Positions 9,851 through 22,643 of a stretch of 64,000 bases of DNA are shown here, in pieces. Under the pieces are notes generated by a model. It was not told the origin of the DNA. It saw only the letters and a list, made by a program, of their open reading frames with translations, and did no database searches. Each line of letters starts with the position of its first letter. The first letter of the stretch is position 1. This DNA comes from an uncultured Nitrososphaeraceae archaeon (GTDB taxonomy: Archaea > Thermoproteota > Nitrososphaeria > Nitrososphaerales > Nitrososphaeraceae), in the NCBI GenBank assembly GCA_963779615.1, contig CAVZZA010000005.1, positions 512,001 to 576,000 on the forward strand, written 5' to 3'. The position numbers were made by a program, and so were the translations under genes.

Positions 9851-9990
9851 CATGTTTTCCCCCGTTATCCCTTACCAATATTGGTAACTGCAATGTTTAA
9901 ATTTGGACAGGCCTGAAGCGTTGAACCAATCTCTACGAAAGATAGTTTTCAGGGTTTAAAGGGGGAAGAGATCTCCAATGGGCGCAAGGG
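9851..9990 (+). repeat. Dispersed ~140-bp repeat copy 1 (copy 2 inverted at 39397-39533)
   Basis: Shared CGTTGAACCAATCTCTACGAA..AGTTTTCAGGGTTTAAA. Confidence 0.8.
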
Positions 9991-10156
9991 GATGGTATTA
10001 GTAACAAACCTGACTAAACCAGGAGATTTGGGAAGATATCATTTCTCTGCTTCATTGAAGAGCATCCCAAAGAACCTGCAGCAGGTATCACCAAAAAAGA
10101 ACTAGAACGCTAACAACAACTAATACTCATTTTTTATTTACTCGCCTCCCTTGTTT

Positions 10157-10747
10157 TCAGTTTCTCTTTACCTCATAGTGGAGCAAAACTACACCAGATT
10201 CAAACGCTATTGATTCAATAAGTGTGAGTTTTTGGATCTCCTTCAGGCCCTTGAAGATGGTCTTCCCAGTTCCCATTAAAAAAGGGTTAATAAACAAGTA
10301 AAATTCGTCGATCAGTTTTTCCTTAATCAGGGAAGAATCGAATGAGGCACCGCCATAGACTATGATGTCCTTGCCGTTTTGGCTCTTTAGCTTGGTAATC
10401 TCATCCTTGAGGTCGCCTGTTGCAACATCTGTGTTTATCCACTCAGATTTGCTTAGTGTTTTAGTGAAAACAACTTTTGGGATTTCTATCATTTTTTTAG
10501 CGAATGCATTCCATGGCTCATCAGGTTTGCTCATTACATCAGACCAATATGAAATAAATACATCGGTCATTTTTCGTCCCAGGATAATGGTGCCGACTGT
10601 ATCAGTTAATTCGTTTACATATTCATTGAGTTCATCATCATCCAAGACTAACCAGTCCATTTCATCATTTGGCCCCGCTATGCATCCATCTATTGACATT
10701 TCCACCTGTAGTTTTAACTTTCTCAACCCTGTTTTGTTATTTGCCAT
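10157..10747 (-). CDS. Dihydrofolate reductase family / RibD C-terminal domain protein
   Basis: MSIDGCIAGPN, ILGRK, YGGASF, LIDEF..GTGK. Confidence 0.9.
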   Translation of the reverse strand: MANNKTGLRKLKLQVEMSIDGCIAGPNDEMDWLVLDDDELNEYVNELTDTVGTIILGRKMTDVFISYWSDVMSKPDEPWNAFAKKMIEIPKVVFTKTLSKSEWINTDVATGDLKDEITKLKSQNGKDIIVYGGASFDSSLIKEKLIDEFYLFINPFLMGTGKTIFKGLKEIQKLTLIESIAFESGVVLLHYEVKRN

Positions 10748-11259
10748 CCATGTTCCCTATCAATACATACAATAAATAGTAACTGGCGATTCTCGTTTAG
10801 CATATTTTTTATAATGTTTCTGCGCCCAAGGTAACACAGGGTTTATGATTATCCAGATTGGAGATATGGTATCCAGCAGAGGAAAACCATGCAAAACGGC
10901 TCAACTGCAACAATGCTTGCGATTTACCAATGACTCTCATGCGACAGTCCTCAGCCGAAAGGGGTCAGTGCCGATAAAGCCTCTCCACAGCAGATTCTAG
11001 TATTGGGTAAACTATAGATGGTATAAGGATTCAATGAATGAACTTCATTACAATCATACAAAATAAAACAAGTGTTACAATCAAAAGGTTTGAACTTTTC
11101 GGTATGAAACCATAATGGCAAATTACGGTGGCGGCAAGAGAAAAACGGTAAAGTAGGTGAATTCAAGGAACCTAAAGAATCAGAATTAAATTTTATGTTG
11201 TTAAAATGGATGAAAATTACATCACCTGGTATTTGATAAAGGTTAAAGAGAGTCCATAC

Positions 11260-11600
11260 TCATCCCTTTTCCTCCTTATTGCTGGGTTGTGTGAGATGGG
11301 TGGTTGGTACCTGTTTGCTTATTGTGGGTAATCCGTATCCAACTATGATTAACATTTCCCTTTTCCGAAACCTATTAAATGGTGCACCGGAAAACACCCT
11401 AAAGACACAACCTGCAAGTTGAGGAACCCTCTGTCACACCAAGCGACGCTCTTGAGACCCCTAAACTGCTAACTAAGAAAAGGGGAATGACACCCAAAGC
11501 CACCTGTACCGAAAAGTCGGTAAAGAAACTTACCAGGCCCACCGCAAGGACATTGCGGATTCCCGCTGGCCTGCCTTTCTCTTTTTTTATCATCATCTTT
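11260..11600 (-). pseudogene. MFS transporter N-terminal fragment
   Basis: NVLAVGLVSFFTDFS..LGVIPLFL..LGVTEG, then broken frame ..IIVGYGL. Confidence 0.7.
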
Positions 11601-11786
11601 GTATTCCTTGAGCCGCCTTTTGGAGTCAAACTTTCATTCATTCCTCCCCCATTCATCAAATATAGTTATTAGATCCTTTTTCTCAGGATTTATAAAAATT
11701 ACTCATTAGGTTTAATTTCAACAGTCTTAAAACCATCAGCAAGATATTTTACCAGTATCTCGCTTCCGTATGTCAGGCAGCAGACA

Positions 11787-12173
11787 ATGAAGGGAATTGA
11801 GTTTGTTTTTCTTGGAATGGGTGCAATTTTGGGTGCGTTCTTGAGATACAAAATAACAGCTGCGCCCCTGCTGTTTGGAAGTTTTGTCTCAAATGTGCTG
11901 TTGGTAAACATTGTGGGAAGTTTCATCTTGGGAATCTTTTCAGTGCTGTCCGCATCCTTGAATCTTGATTCAAGGTCATCCTTTCTTGTTGCAATAGGTT
12001 TTTGCGGATCCTTGACCACCATGTCCTCGTTCGCTTTGGAGAGTGTCAACATGCTGGATGATCGGCAATTTTTTAGCGTCGCAGCAAACATCATTGCAAA
12101 TGTTTCATTGTCCCTTCTTGCGGTGTATGGCGGTAGAATTCTAATATCTCAGATCATACAAGGTAACAACTAA
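11787..12173 (+). CDS. crcB: Fluoride channel Fluc/CrcB
   Basis: GAILGAFLRY, VNIVGSFILG, GFCGSLTTMSSF motifs. Confidence 0.95.
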   Translation: MKGIEFVFLGMGAILGAFLRYKITAAPLLFGSFVSNVLLVNIVGSFILGIFSVLSASLNLDSRSSFLVAIGFCGSLTTMSSFALESVNMLDDRQFFSVAANIIANVSLSLLAVYGGRILISQIIQGNN

Positions 12174-12487
12174 TGGTAAGACAATCAATGCTCTGCCTAA
12201 CCATACGAATCAAAAAGAATGACGAGGTAAATGGAAAAAGACTGGAAAAGGCATTGCTGGAATTCCTGAAGAAATCAAAAGTGTCAGGAGCAACAGTTTG
12301 GTTGGGTGTTGATGGATTTGGCAAGAGCGGAAAATCAACACTCCATTTGGAGGGCCTGACAATCAACCAGCCCATGATGATTGATATTGTTGAAGAAAGC
12401 TCAATAATAGAGCCACTGCTTCCCCAACTCAAAAGGATGGTAAATGACCATGGAATAATAACGATACAAAGGGTGGAGGTAGTTTAA
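12173..12487 (+). CDS. DUF190 (PII-like) protein coupled to crcB
   Basis: SGATVWLGVDGFG..PMMIDIVE; TAATG overlap with crcB, a common pairing. Confidence 0.9.
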   Translation: MVRQSMLCLTIRIKKNDEVNGKRLEKALLEFLKKSKVSGATVWLGVDGFGKSGKSTLHLEGLTINQPMMIDIVEESSIIEPLLPQLKRMVNDHGIITIQRVEVV

Positions 12488-12789
12488 TTAACCAATCAAT
12501 CAATTTCTCGCGTATTTAGAGTCATTGCTTTTTCTCATGTCCTAAATCTTTTAATGCCCATGCAACCAACAAATTCTCCATCTCTCTGGACATTGTTTCT
12601 GCTTCTGCAGACTTGAGTGCCTTCTTCCATTATTCCGTTTTTGTTCAAGTCGGCTTTATTTGACAGCAAATCCGGTGGAACATATGGAAGAAACCATGTC
12701 TCCTTGATCGAGTGAAAGCAACAGCATCAACTTCGTTACCCTCAAACATTGGGTGGTGTTTAATAATGTATGCTGCGTATTGGGTATTA

Positions 12790-13203
12790 ATGACACTAAA
12801 TAAACCAAATTACACCATTCTTGCAATTATTGCAGCAACAAGTCTAGTTTTGTTTTCATACAATGTTGCCTCCTCCTACGCACAGACAAACGCAACAGAC
12901 AACTCCACCTCTTCCGCATCCATGGCATCCAATGTTACCACTTCAGCAGCAGCAGCAGCAGCTCAGTCCCCATCCCCAGGCAATCCGGCAGTAACGAGCA
13001 TTGATGCAGGGATATCCGCATTGAAAAGCGGAGACAGTGAGGGTGCAAAGAGTAACCTGTACAAGGCAGAGGTGGCACTAGAAGGCAATCCCAATAGCGC
13101 AGGAGCAGAGAAACATGTCGAAGCAGCCCTGAAGGCATTAAAAGACGGTGACACCAAGGGAGCAACATTCCATGCTGAGGAGGCAAAAAAAGGCCTCTCT
13201 TAA
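12790..13203 (+). CDS. Secreted hypothetical protein with duplicated helical motif
   Basis: Signal peptide ..SYAQ; repeated ALKSGDSEGA/ALKDGDTKGA. Confidence 0.75.
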   Translation: MTLNKPNYTILAIIAATSLVLFSYNVASSYAQTNATDNSTSSASMASNVTTSAAAAAAQSPSPGNPAVTSIDAGISALKSGDSEGAKSNLYKAEVALEGNPNSAGAEKHVEAALKALKDGDTKGATFHAEEAKKGLS

Positions 13204-13243
13204 CTATCGAAATTCCGATTAGTTTCTTTTTAAGGTGAGTCTC

Positions 13244-13681
13244 ATGGCAAATCAAAAAGTCATTGTGTACTTGTTATGCGCATTTCTAATCGCAAATGCC
13301 ATCATATACTTCTTGGTCGCACTGGGAGAATACACCGATTTAACGGAACTTCTCAGTTATGGCATTGAAGGCGAGACACAGGAAAAACAGGTGGAAATCA
13401 CCCTTTTTGTGGGCTCGGGTATTGTGTACTTGGGGCTATTTGCATGGGTGTTTAAGGCTGGAACAAGGAAAAGGCTCCCATACGTGGCTTCAATTGCCGT
13501 GGCAGTTGCATTAATCATAACCTATGTCGCATCAAGGACTGTTGGTGTGCCCATAGTAGGGGTAGAGTATTATGTAGGCAGGTTAGATGTGGTTTCAAAG
13601 GCCCTCCAGGCCATTGTGATCGGCATTTCGGGATTTGCGCTGTTTAACATGAAAAAGCAATTTACAAAAGGTGCCAAATGA
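13244..13681 (+). CDS. Membrane protein (about 4 TM)
   Basis: Hydrophobic segments; YVASRTVGVP motif. Confidence 0.75.
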   Translation: MANQKVIVYLLCAFLIANAIIYFLVALGEYTDLTELLSYGIEGETQEKQVEITLFVGSGIVYLGLFAWVFKAGTRKRLPYVASIAVAVALIITYVASRTVGVPIVGVEYYVGRLDVVSKALQAIVIGISGFALFNMKKQFTKGAK

Positions 13682-13928
13682 CTGTTTTGATTCACCCCTG
13701 TAATTTATTTTTTCCCTTAGTTTTCCATATCTACTATGCTTCCATAAACCTTTTCGTTTGAAAGGCTCAAACCCATTGCGGTATGGCTCTCAATTATGTG
13801 CACCTGTAAACAACACCACAACTGAAGTAACAACAAGTCTAGAGAGCATGATACCCGGCATGAACGGTACAGAGCCTGAACGGGTATTTCCAGCAGGGTC
13901 ATAAAGTGGTTGATGAACTATATCGAGT

Positions 13929-15080
13929 ATGAAAATTACAAACAGTACTTTTGTGCTCCAGGCTACGTTTTTGTCATTGACAACCATCCTCCTTTTTCTG
14001 TCATCATCGGGTTCATTCAGCGTAAACACATTATCATCATCATCATCATTAGCATTTGGGCAAATTGATAATTCCACATCATACAACAGAACTTCTTCAG
14101 TTAATCAAAACACCACCAGCAATGCTGATTTAGTCCCGGCCACTCAAATACTTCCCTCTTGGAATCAGGGCACAGTGAAAGAAAGAATAGTAAATTTTGT
14201 AAACAACGTAACCAACCCTGAAAGCCCAAACTACGTTCCACCAGAAGACAGGATAGCGGTCTTTGACAATGATGGAACCATGTGGTCAGAAAAACCAACC
14301 TATTTTCAAGCTTTTTTTCTACTGGATAGGCTTGAACAGGTGTCCAATTCAAATCCCCAAATAAAGCAAAACCCGCAGATACAGCAGCTGTTGGATAAAA
14401 ACTTTACAAATTTGCAGTTAAATGAAAAAGATGTCATGTCTTTGGCATTGTTAACTCATTCAAACATGACTCAGCCCGCATTTAACAAAATGGTTGAGGT
14501 GTGGGCAAAGACAGCACAACACCCGCAGACACACATTAGATTTGTGGAGATGGTATACCAGCCAATGATTGAGCTCGTCGGTTATCTTAAAGCAAACCAT
14601 TTTAAGGTATTTATAGTCTCAGGGGGCGGGGTTGACTTTATGAGAGAAGCCCTCTCTCTAGTATATGGGATACCACCAGACCAGATGATAGGAAGCAGCA
14701 TAAAATACCAGTATGTTAACGGAACTGACGGAAGAAACTCAACTATATTTAGGGAGCCAAAACCGGATTCTTTTGATAACAATGAGGTGAAACCGGAGAA
14801 CATTCAACTGCATATAGGGCAAGTGCCCATACTTGCTGCAGGAAACTCAGATGGGGACCTGCAAATGCTCACATATACTGACGATAACAACAAAGTTGGC
14901 AAATCACTAGAAATTCTGGTCCACCATGATGACGGCACTAGAGAATACTCCTATGATAAGGGAGCTGAAAATGTTCTACAAAAAGCCAAAGACAGAAACT
15001 GGGATGTGGTAAGCATGAAGAATGACTTTAAGGACATGTTTCCTGTCGAAAATAAAAATAAGACCGCATTAAATCAATGA
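13929..15080 (+). CDS. Secreted HAD-family hydrolase (nonspecific acid phosphatase-like)
   Basis: FDNDGTMWSEKP, VSGGG, GNSDGD, HDD..REYSYD motifs; signal peptide. Confidence 0.9.
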   Translation: MKITNSTFVLQATFLSLTTILLFLSSSGSFSVNTLSSSSSLAFGQIDNSTSYNRTSSVNQNTTSNADLVPATQILPSWNQGTVKERIVNFVNNVTNPESPNYVPPEDRIAVFDNDGTMWSEKPTYFQAFFLLDRLEQVSNSNPQIKQNPQIQQLLDKNFTNLQLNEKDVMSLALLTHSNMTQPAFNKMVEVWAKTAQHPQTHIRFVEMVYQPMIELVGYLKANHFKVFIVSGGGVDFMREALSLVYGIPPDQMIGSSIKYQYVNGTDGRNSTIFREPKPDSFDNNEVKPENIQLHIGQVPILAAGNSDGDLQMLTYTDDNNKVGKSLEILVHHDDGTREYSYDKGAENVLQKAKDRNWDVVSMKNDFKDMFPVENKNKTALNQ

Positions 15081-15954
15081 TACTGGATTAGTATCACATT
15101 TTTCATTTGTGTAGCTCGGCTTTGCAGTTTTCAATCAGGAAAAATTGTATCTATCGATATTTAGATTGATCGGGGTCAAAACACTGATCTAACGTATCAA
15201 CCAGTTTATCCCTGTGTTCCTTTACATTTTGGAGGATTGAGCCAGACAACCCCCTAGCGTTGAGCCTTTAGAATAGCACAGAACGGAAGCCCAAGGAAGT
15301 ATAATAGGCTAACAGTCCTATAAAGGGTACACGAAACGTCTTGTAGTCCAGTGGTGTTTGTTTTGGTAACATACACACAACTCCAGTAATGAAAAGAACA
15401 CATTTCATTTGGTGGTTGAAGATAAAGAAGCAGAATACAGAGCAAAACAATTCTGCCTACAGATGCGGAGGATATATATGTACATTAAATCTCGCATAAC
15501 TAGGGATTTCAAACACCACTCCTTATCATTTTTATTTGCCATTTAATGGTGGTGATTCCCATTATAAAGTTTAAACATCAAAAACATATGGCTGTACATT
15601 ATGACCATCATCGGCACAGGTAAGGGTTGGGAAGTACCAAAAAGACCAAAAGAATAAAGGCATTCCAAATGTAGTTGATGGTGTCCATTGTCATAGCAAT
15701 GACAGCATATGCACTTGCATATAGTTATAAAAAGAAAAACGGATGCCAATCTATCGACTAGTTAAAGTGGAAAAAAGACATATGACAAGAAAATCCGAAA
15801 CATCTTTCTTGTACCTGATAATCCATTACAATGCAAAAGTCAAGTAAAACACAAAAGAGATATCAAATTTATCCGGGAACAAAATTTGCGCTCTTGTGTA
15901 TATGCCCCAAAATAGTGTAATAACTTAATATGCACGTCTTAATATTGAACCAAC

Positions 15955-16317
15955 ATGAGTAAGGATATATAGTTGATACTTCAGGTCACTGTTGAAGAGG
16001 GAAGGATCGAGGAGTTCAAGAGGTTGGTAGAGGAGATTACAAGAGCTGTTGGTCTTAATGAACCAGGCACCAAGAGTTATCAATATCACCTCAATGATGG
16101 TGAAACAAAGTGCGTAATAAGCGAGTTATATGCAGACTCAGAAGCTGTTCTTGCTCACCTGAATGGAGTTGCAGCACAAACAATACTTCCAAAGATTTTC
16201 AACGTTTCGAAGATAAACCGGTTTGAAGTTTTTGGCGATCCAAGCGAGGAATTGCAGGAAGCGTTGACAAAGTCTGGTTCACAGAATTATCATTTTTTCG
16301 CTGGCTTTACTCGTTAA
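15955..16317 (+). CDS. ABM / putative quinol monooxygenase family protein (TAG at codon 6 from the ATG, or TTG start at 15973)
   Basis: NEPGTKSYQY..ELYADSEAVLAHL..FEVFGDPS; ATG AGT AAG GAT ATA TAG TTG. Confidence 0.8.
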
Positions 16318-16491
16318 GAGTATCATGGGATTAAGAAAAAAGCGGCTGAACATTAGCAAAGATACCAAAACAGTTTATTGATCCTTCAGGCAGTCCCTGC
16401 TTAATTAACTATGCCAAGGAAGCCACACAATCCCCATGTTATTGATTGGAGAGCTTTGGACAAACACGCCATACAAAAGACCCTAGACCTG

Positions 16492-18627
<2,136 letters not shown>

Positions 18628-20019
18628 TCGTAAAGGTTATTGTTAGATATTATACAAGAGTTCAAAAAATTCTAAATCTTTTAACATTAACCCATATAGT
18701 CTCAAATATTCCATCTTTGTTGTATATGTTTAATTAAAAAAAAATATGTGTTTTTTAAAACCCCGGCATTAATTTATTAGCAACACAACGCAGACTTCTA
18801 AAAACATTCCTGCGGCTAACCTTACTCAATTGATATCCTTGGTTGAATCCTCCAAGGCCATGGCAATGTCAAAAGGCAATACGGGGTCCACAGACTTTTG
18901 GTTGGCCAAACTGGAATGAATCCCATGATGGGGAATAACGCATTTCAAACATTGTCTTTGGTTAAAAACACAAGCATCCAAATTGGGGCTGGTAGCATAG
19001 TCACAAGGTTTGGTCAACACCTCGAACCATTTCCATGGGGCTGCATGGAGGCATGGGAGAAGATGGGGTGGAGAACCAGAAGCATCTGCCGTGCCAAAAG
19101 AATTTGGTGCAGTGTGGTTGTTCCTTTTTTTTGGTTAGTGCTTTTCAGTCCAGTCGATTAAATTAGTAACATGTGACAGGGATTGCTTTTTTTTATCTTT
19201 CCTGCTTCATGCAGATAACGGTGGTAGACTTCTTGGCTTCAATAAGCATGTTACAGCAACAACCTTCTCAGAAAAGATGGTGCTGCTGTATATCAATTAG
19301 GGATTGCATGCCAAAATGACAAATGGCTGCATAGAAATGACAAGTGTATCAAGCACTTGCCTCAGCATTGCTGTGGGTGCTATTGTTGGTGCTCTGACAG
19401 GAGGGTGGCATATCAAATGGCATCACATCAATTCGATCAACGTTCCTACAATTAAAACTGACAAGAAGAATCATAATAGAAACCAACAGTTCCCCTACCC
19501 ATGCCAGAATCGAGGCCCACCGGGACAGTTATTTCCTTTAGTAACACGGTGAGACAGGGAACAAAACACATCAAAACTACAATACTGCCATCCGGAGGCT
19601 CCAGTTTCTTTATGTTTTTCAGAATATGGTCATTGTTTGGCTATCTTATCTTTTATCGAATTTACAATAACGGAGGCATGGTCATAATTCATTTCATCGC
19701 TTGATGTGTTTCATAACATATTAAAGCTAACCTCTGGAATATTATTTTGGATATAACTGTAGCAAAGCAGATCGCCAGATTAAATGAATCCATCCTTTTT
19801 TAGCATCCTGTATCGTACAATGGTCCGGAGTGACAAACAAGGCTTGTGTCATTTGCCGGGAACTACCAAATGTTCCGTTACCTGAATTAAACAAAAGTGT
19901 GTGAAGTATTGGAATCACACTACAAAATTTTCTTAAATTCTTATATGAAATGATCCTCCTGATATTCTCAATATGCATGTTACCTTCCCCATATATAAAA
20001 TAATTTAGGTAATACTGCA

Positions 20020-20385
20020 ATGAAAAACAATCTTAAACTATTGTCAGCAAGTTTGTTCTTAGTAATGGTAATAGGAACTACCACTAGCGGCGCACTTAGC
20101 TCAGCGTATGCTGGCGGTGACAAGCACAAGGTTAACGACAGTGTGAAGGTAAACTGCAACGATGTTGGCATTGCTCTTGCAACACTAAGTTTGGCTTATG
20201 GAGACCTTGATTCAGATGGGAAGGCCACACTTGAGGACGAGCTTCAAGAAGGAGAGATAGCACCGAATGTGGATGCCATAAGAGATAACTTGCAAAGCGT
20301 ATTGCACACAGTTCAGGATAAGTGCGGGAATGTTGATTTTCTAGGCTTTGTTGACTTTAATTCCGAAGATTTTGTGGTGGATTAA
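20020..20385 (+). CDS. Secreted acidic hypothetical protein
   Basis: Signal peptide ..SSAYA; two Cys; T-run downstream. Confidence 0.8.
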   Translation: MKNNLKLLSASLFLVMVIGTTTSGALSSAYAGGDKHKVNDSVKVNCNDVGIALATLSLAYGDLDSDGKATLEDELQEGEIAPNVDAIRDNLQSVLHTVQDKCGNVDFLGFVDFNSEDFVVD

Positions 20386-21142
20386 AACTTCCATCAAAAA
20401 CATAACCCCCTTTTTTTTATTGATTTATTCACAAGTTTAGGATTTGAATCATCAATTATTGCAAAGTTAACGAGATTATTGCAAACAATGTTTTAGTTTC
20501 CCGATTTGCCCTAACACTAGATGCAGACTCTATTGTGGAGGTTGAAATGTTTACGCCTTTTGCCAACTTGCCCATTCGCTCAAGGTCTGAAACCCTGTTT
20601 CTTCAGGGCCAAAAAACAGGTTTCAAAGTCCTGTGATCAGGTTAAGTCCATCACAAAGAAAAAGACAGTCCGCTAGGTGGATAAGGAACACCTTGCTATC
20701 CGTTATTTTTCACATTCTTTTTTTTTGATGAACGCGCAATAAAAAAATACAGTGTTTGCCTTTTTTCAGAAGAGGACGGAAACAACAGTACAGAGAACCC
20801 TGACAAAAAACTTGATTCGTTTTTCAAATATGGAACATGTACAAGTTAGTAAAAATATCTTTTTATGATTACATCATTTTTTGCCTAATCAAAAAGTTTT
20901 TTCCTGTCACACTACTCATAGATTTCTCTCGAGATGAGACTAATCACATCATTCGCTCAATTTAATACCTTTCGCAAAATAGATACAACAAATTTAATGG
21001 AATGGGACTAACTTTGGCAATCAGGCTAAAACCATTCTCAAAGATAGATTTTGATTAAGAATAACTCCAAAGAGGAAAAAAAAGGAGCGTTTAATGAAAA
21101 AACTATAAGATACCAAAACCACACAAGAAAAAGCGGTAGTGA

Positions 21143-21454
21143 ATGAGCTCCAAATCAGACATACTGAAAGACGCACCACAGGAAATAATGGCAACCTACG
21201 CAAGGTTGACCCTGTTGTGGGACGAGAAGCACCATAACGGCGACTGGAACGGGTTAATCCATGGAGAGGACATCGATAGGGTTTACGGTGGCAGGGACAA
21301 AGCGCAGGTGTCCGAATCCCTCAGGTTCCTGGTTGATAATGCCTACATTACGGTTGACAATAACGAGAAAGAAGATGTTGTGGGCATTACGATGTACTCG
21401 AGGGAGTTGGATGAGGAAGTATTGGGAAGCATACTAAAGCATATCCACACATAA
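21143..21454 (+). CDS. Hypothetical protein, possible winged-helix
   Basis: QVSESLRFLVDNAYI pattern. Confidence 0.5.
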   Translation: MSSKSDILKDAPQEIMATYARLTLLWDEKHHNGDWNGLIHGEDIDRVYGGRDKAQVSESLRFLVDNAYITVDNNEKEDVVGITMYSRELDEEVLGSILKHIHT

Positions 21455-21638
21455 AATTTGCTTTGCCTCTGGTTTGATTGCGATACAATATTGATTACGG
21501 ATGCTAATGACGAGCGTACAGCAATGCGTTAAATAAAAAAAGGCATGAGGCATTTTCACAATTTACTGTCATGCAGTGTGTACTGTCTTCTTAAGCGAAC
21601 GGTAGAGGATAAATTAACTATTCCACACATGTATTGTT

Positions 21639-22160
21639 TTAACGGATTCTGCAATGTTTGCTTTTGATTTCGCCTAGTTCTGTCTCGTAATACTTTTTTG
21701 TATCCATCGGCTTGTCCATGTCGTATTCTAATAGGACTTTCTCTTGCTTTAGATTACATATTCTCCGTGCCAAATCAACAGCATGGCTCAAATCCCTCAT
21801 CTTGATGTTGGCTCCATTCACAAAATCAAATAACTTCAGGTATGCCCCTACTAGATTCCTCTTGTTTTCCGTTAATACACATGAGGCCTTTTCTATGTTT
21901 TGCAATATCAGATAGTCAAGATGGATTTTCAAAGCCTGGCCTGTGGGCAGGTCAAGCCCAATGGCAACTTGGACAATGGACTTGCCCTCCAAAAATAGAT
22001 TAAAGGCCTGGGATGAAACAGACAGTGGTTTTTTATTTTTATCCCCTTGTTGCTGCCATTCATCAACCTCTCCAGTTAGTTTCTGCCTTATCTTCTTGAT
22101 GTAGGAAAACAATAACATGGCCATCTTTGAAATCTCCATTGTAGTATGACCTTTTTTCAA
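21639..22160 (-). CDS. Hypothetical HTH/coiled-coil protein (mobile-element-associated type), probably 5'-degraded
   Basis: SSQAFNLFLEGKSIVQVAIGLDL HTH-like segment plus coiled coil. Confidence 0.55.
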   Translation of the reverse strand: MKKGHTTMEISKMAMLLFSYIKKIRQKLTGEVDEWQQQGDKNKKPLSVSSQAFNLFLEGKSIVQVAIGLDLPTGQALKIHLDYLILQNIEKASCVLTENKRNLVGAYLKLFDFVNGANIKMRDLSHAVDLARRICNLKQEKVLLEYDMDKPMDTKKYYETELGEIKSKHCRIR

Positions 22161-22643
22161 TAGTCAACAACTAGCGCCCATTTGTCTTTTGCGGAAAATA
22201 CTGTCAACAACCGATATTTTATCTGGTTGCTTTATGAAGAGATGAGGTTGCCATCTGTGCTACACATTTTCTTGACTGTTACCGATGTTTTCAATTTCTA
22301 CATATGTTGTTTTGTATGTTGTTTTTGATTGGTGTTCAACATATTATCCATACATAAAAATAAATCTATAAAAATACAAACCACTAGTTATAAACAAAGA
22401 CAGATAGGCAGGGATACGAAAATTGGTGGTAGGTATATCTATTGCTATTTTTCTTTATTGCAATCATTTTTTTTACTTGTCTTTCTATTTTAACTGAGGC
22501 AAGAAAGATGGATTTGAGTCAAGATTGACATTTATTGATTGCAGTAATTCATTTCTAAGAACAGTAACTACCATATTTGTCTCCAACTTTCTTCCCATTT
22601 TCAATATAACTTAATAGCTCGTGGATGTTCTGGATTACCTATA

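Noticed and set aside
9900-9930. TGGACAGGCCTGAAGCGTTGAACC as a sixth att/tRNA fragment
   Set aside because: Better explained as part of the 140-bp dispersed repeat; lacks the arms
11660-11786. Fluoride riboswitch upstream of crcB
   Set aside because: No recognisable GGCGATGG..TAATGAC-type consensus by eye; an Infernal search with the Rfam crcB model would settle it
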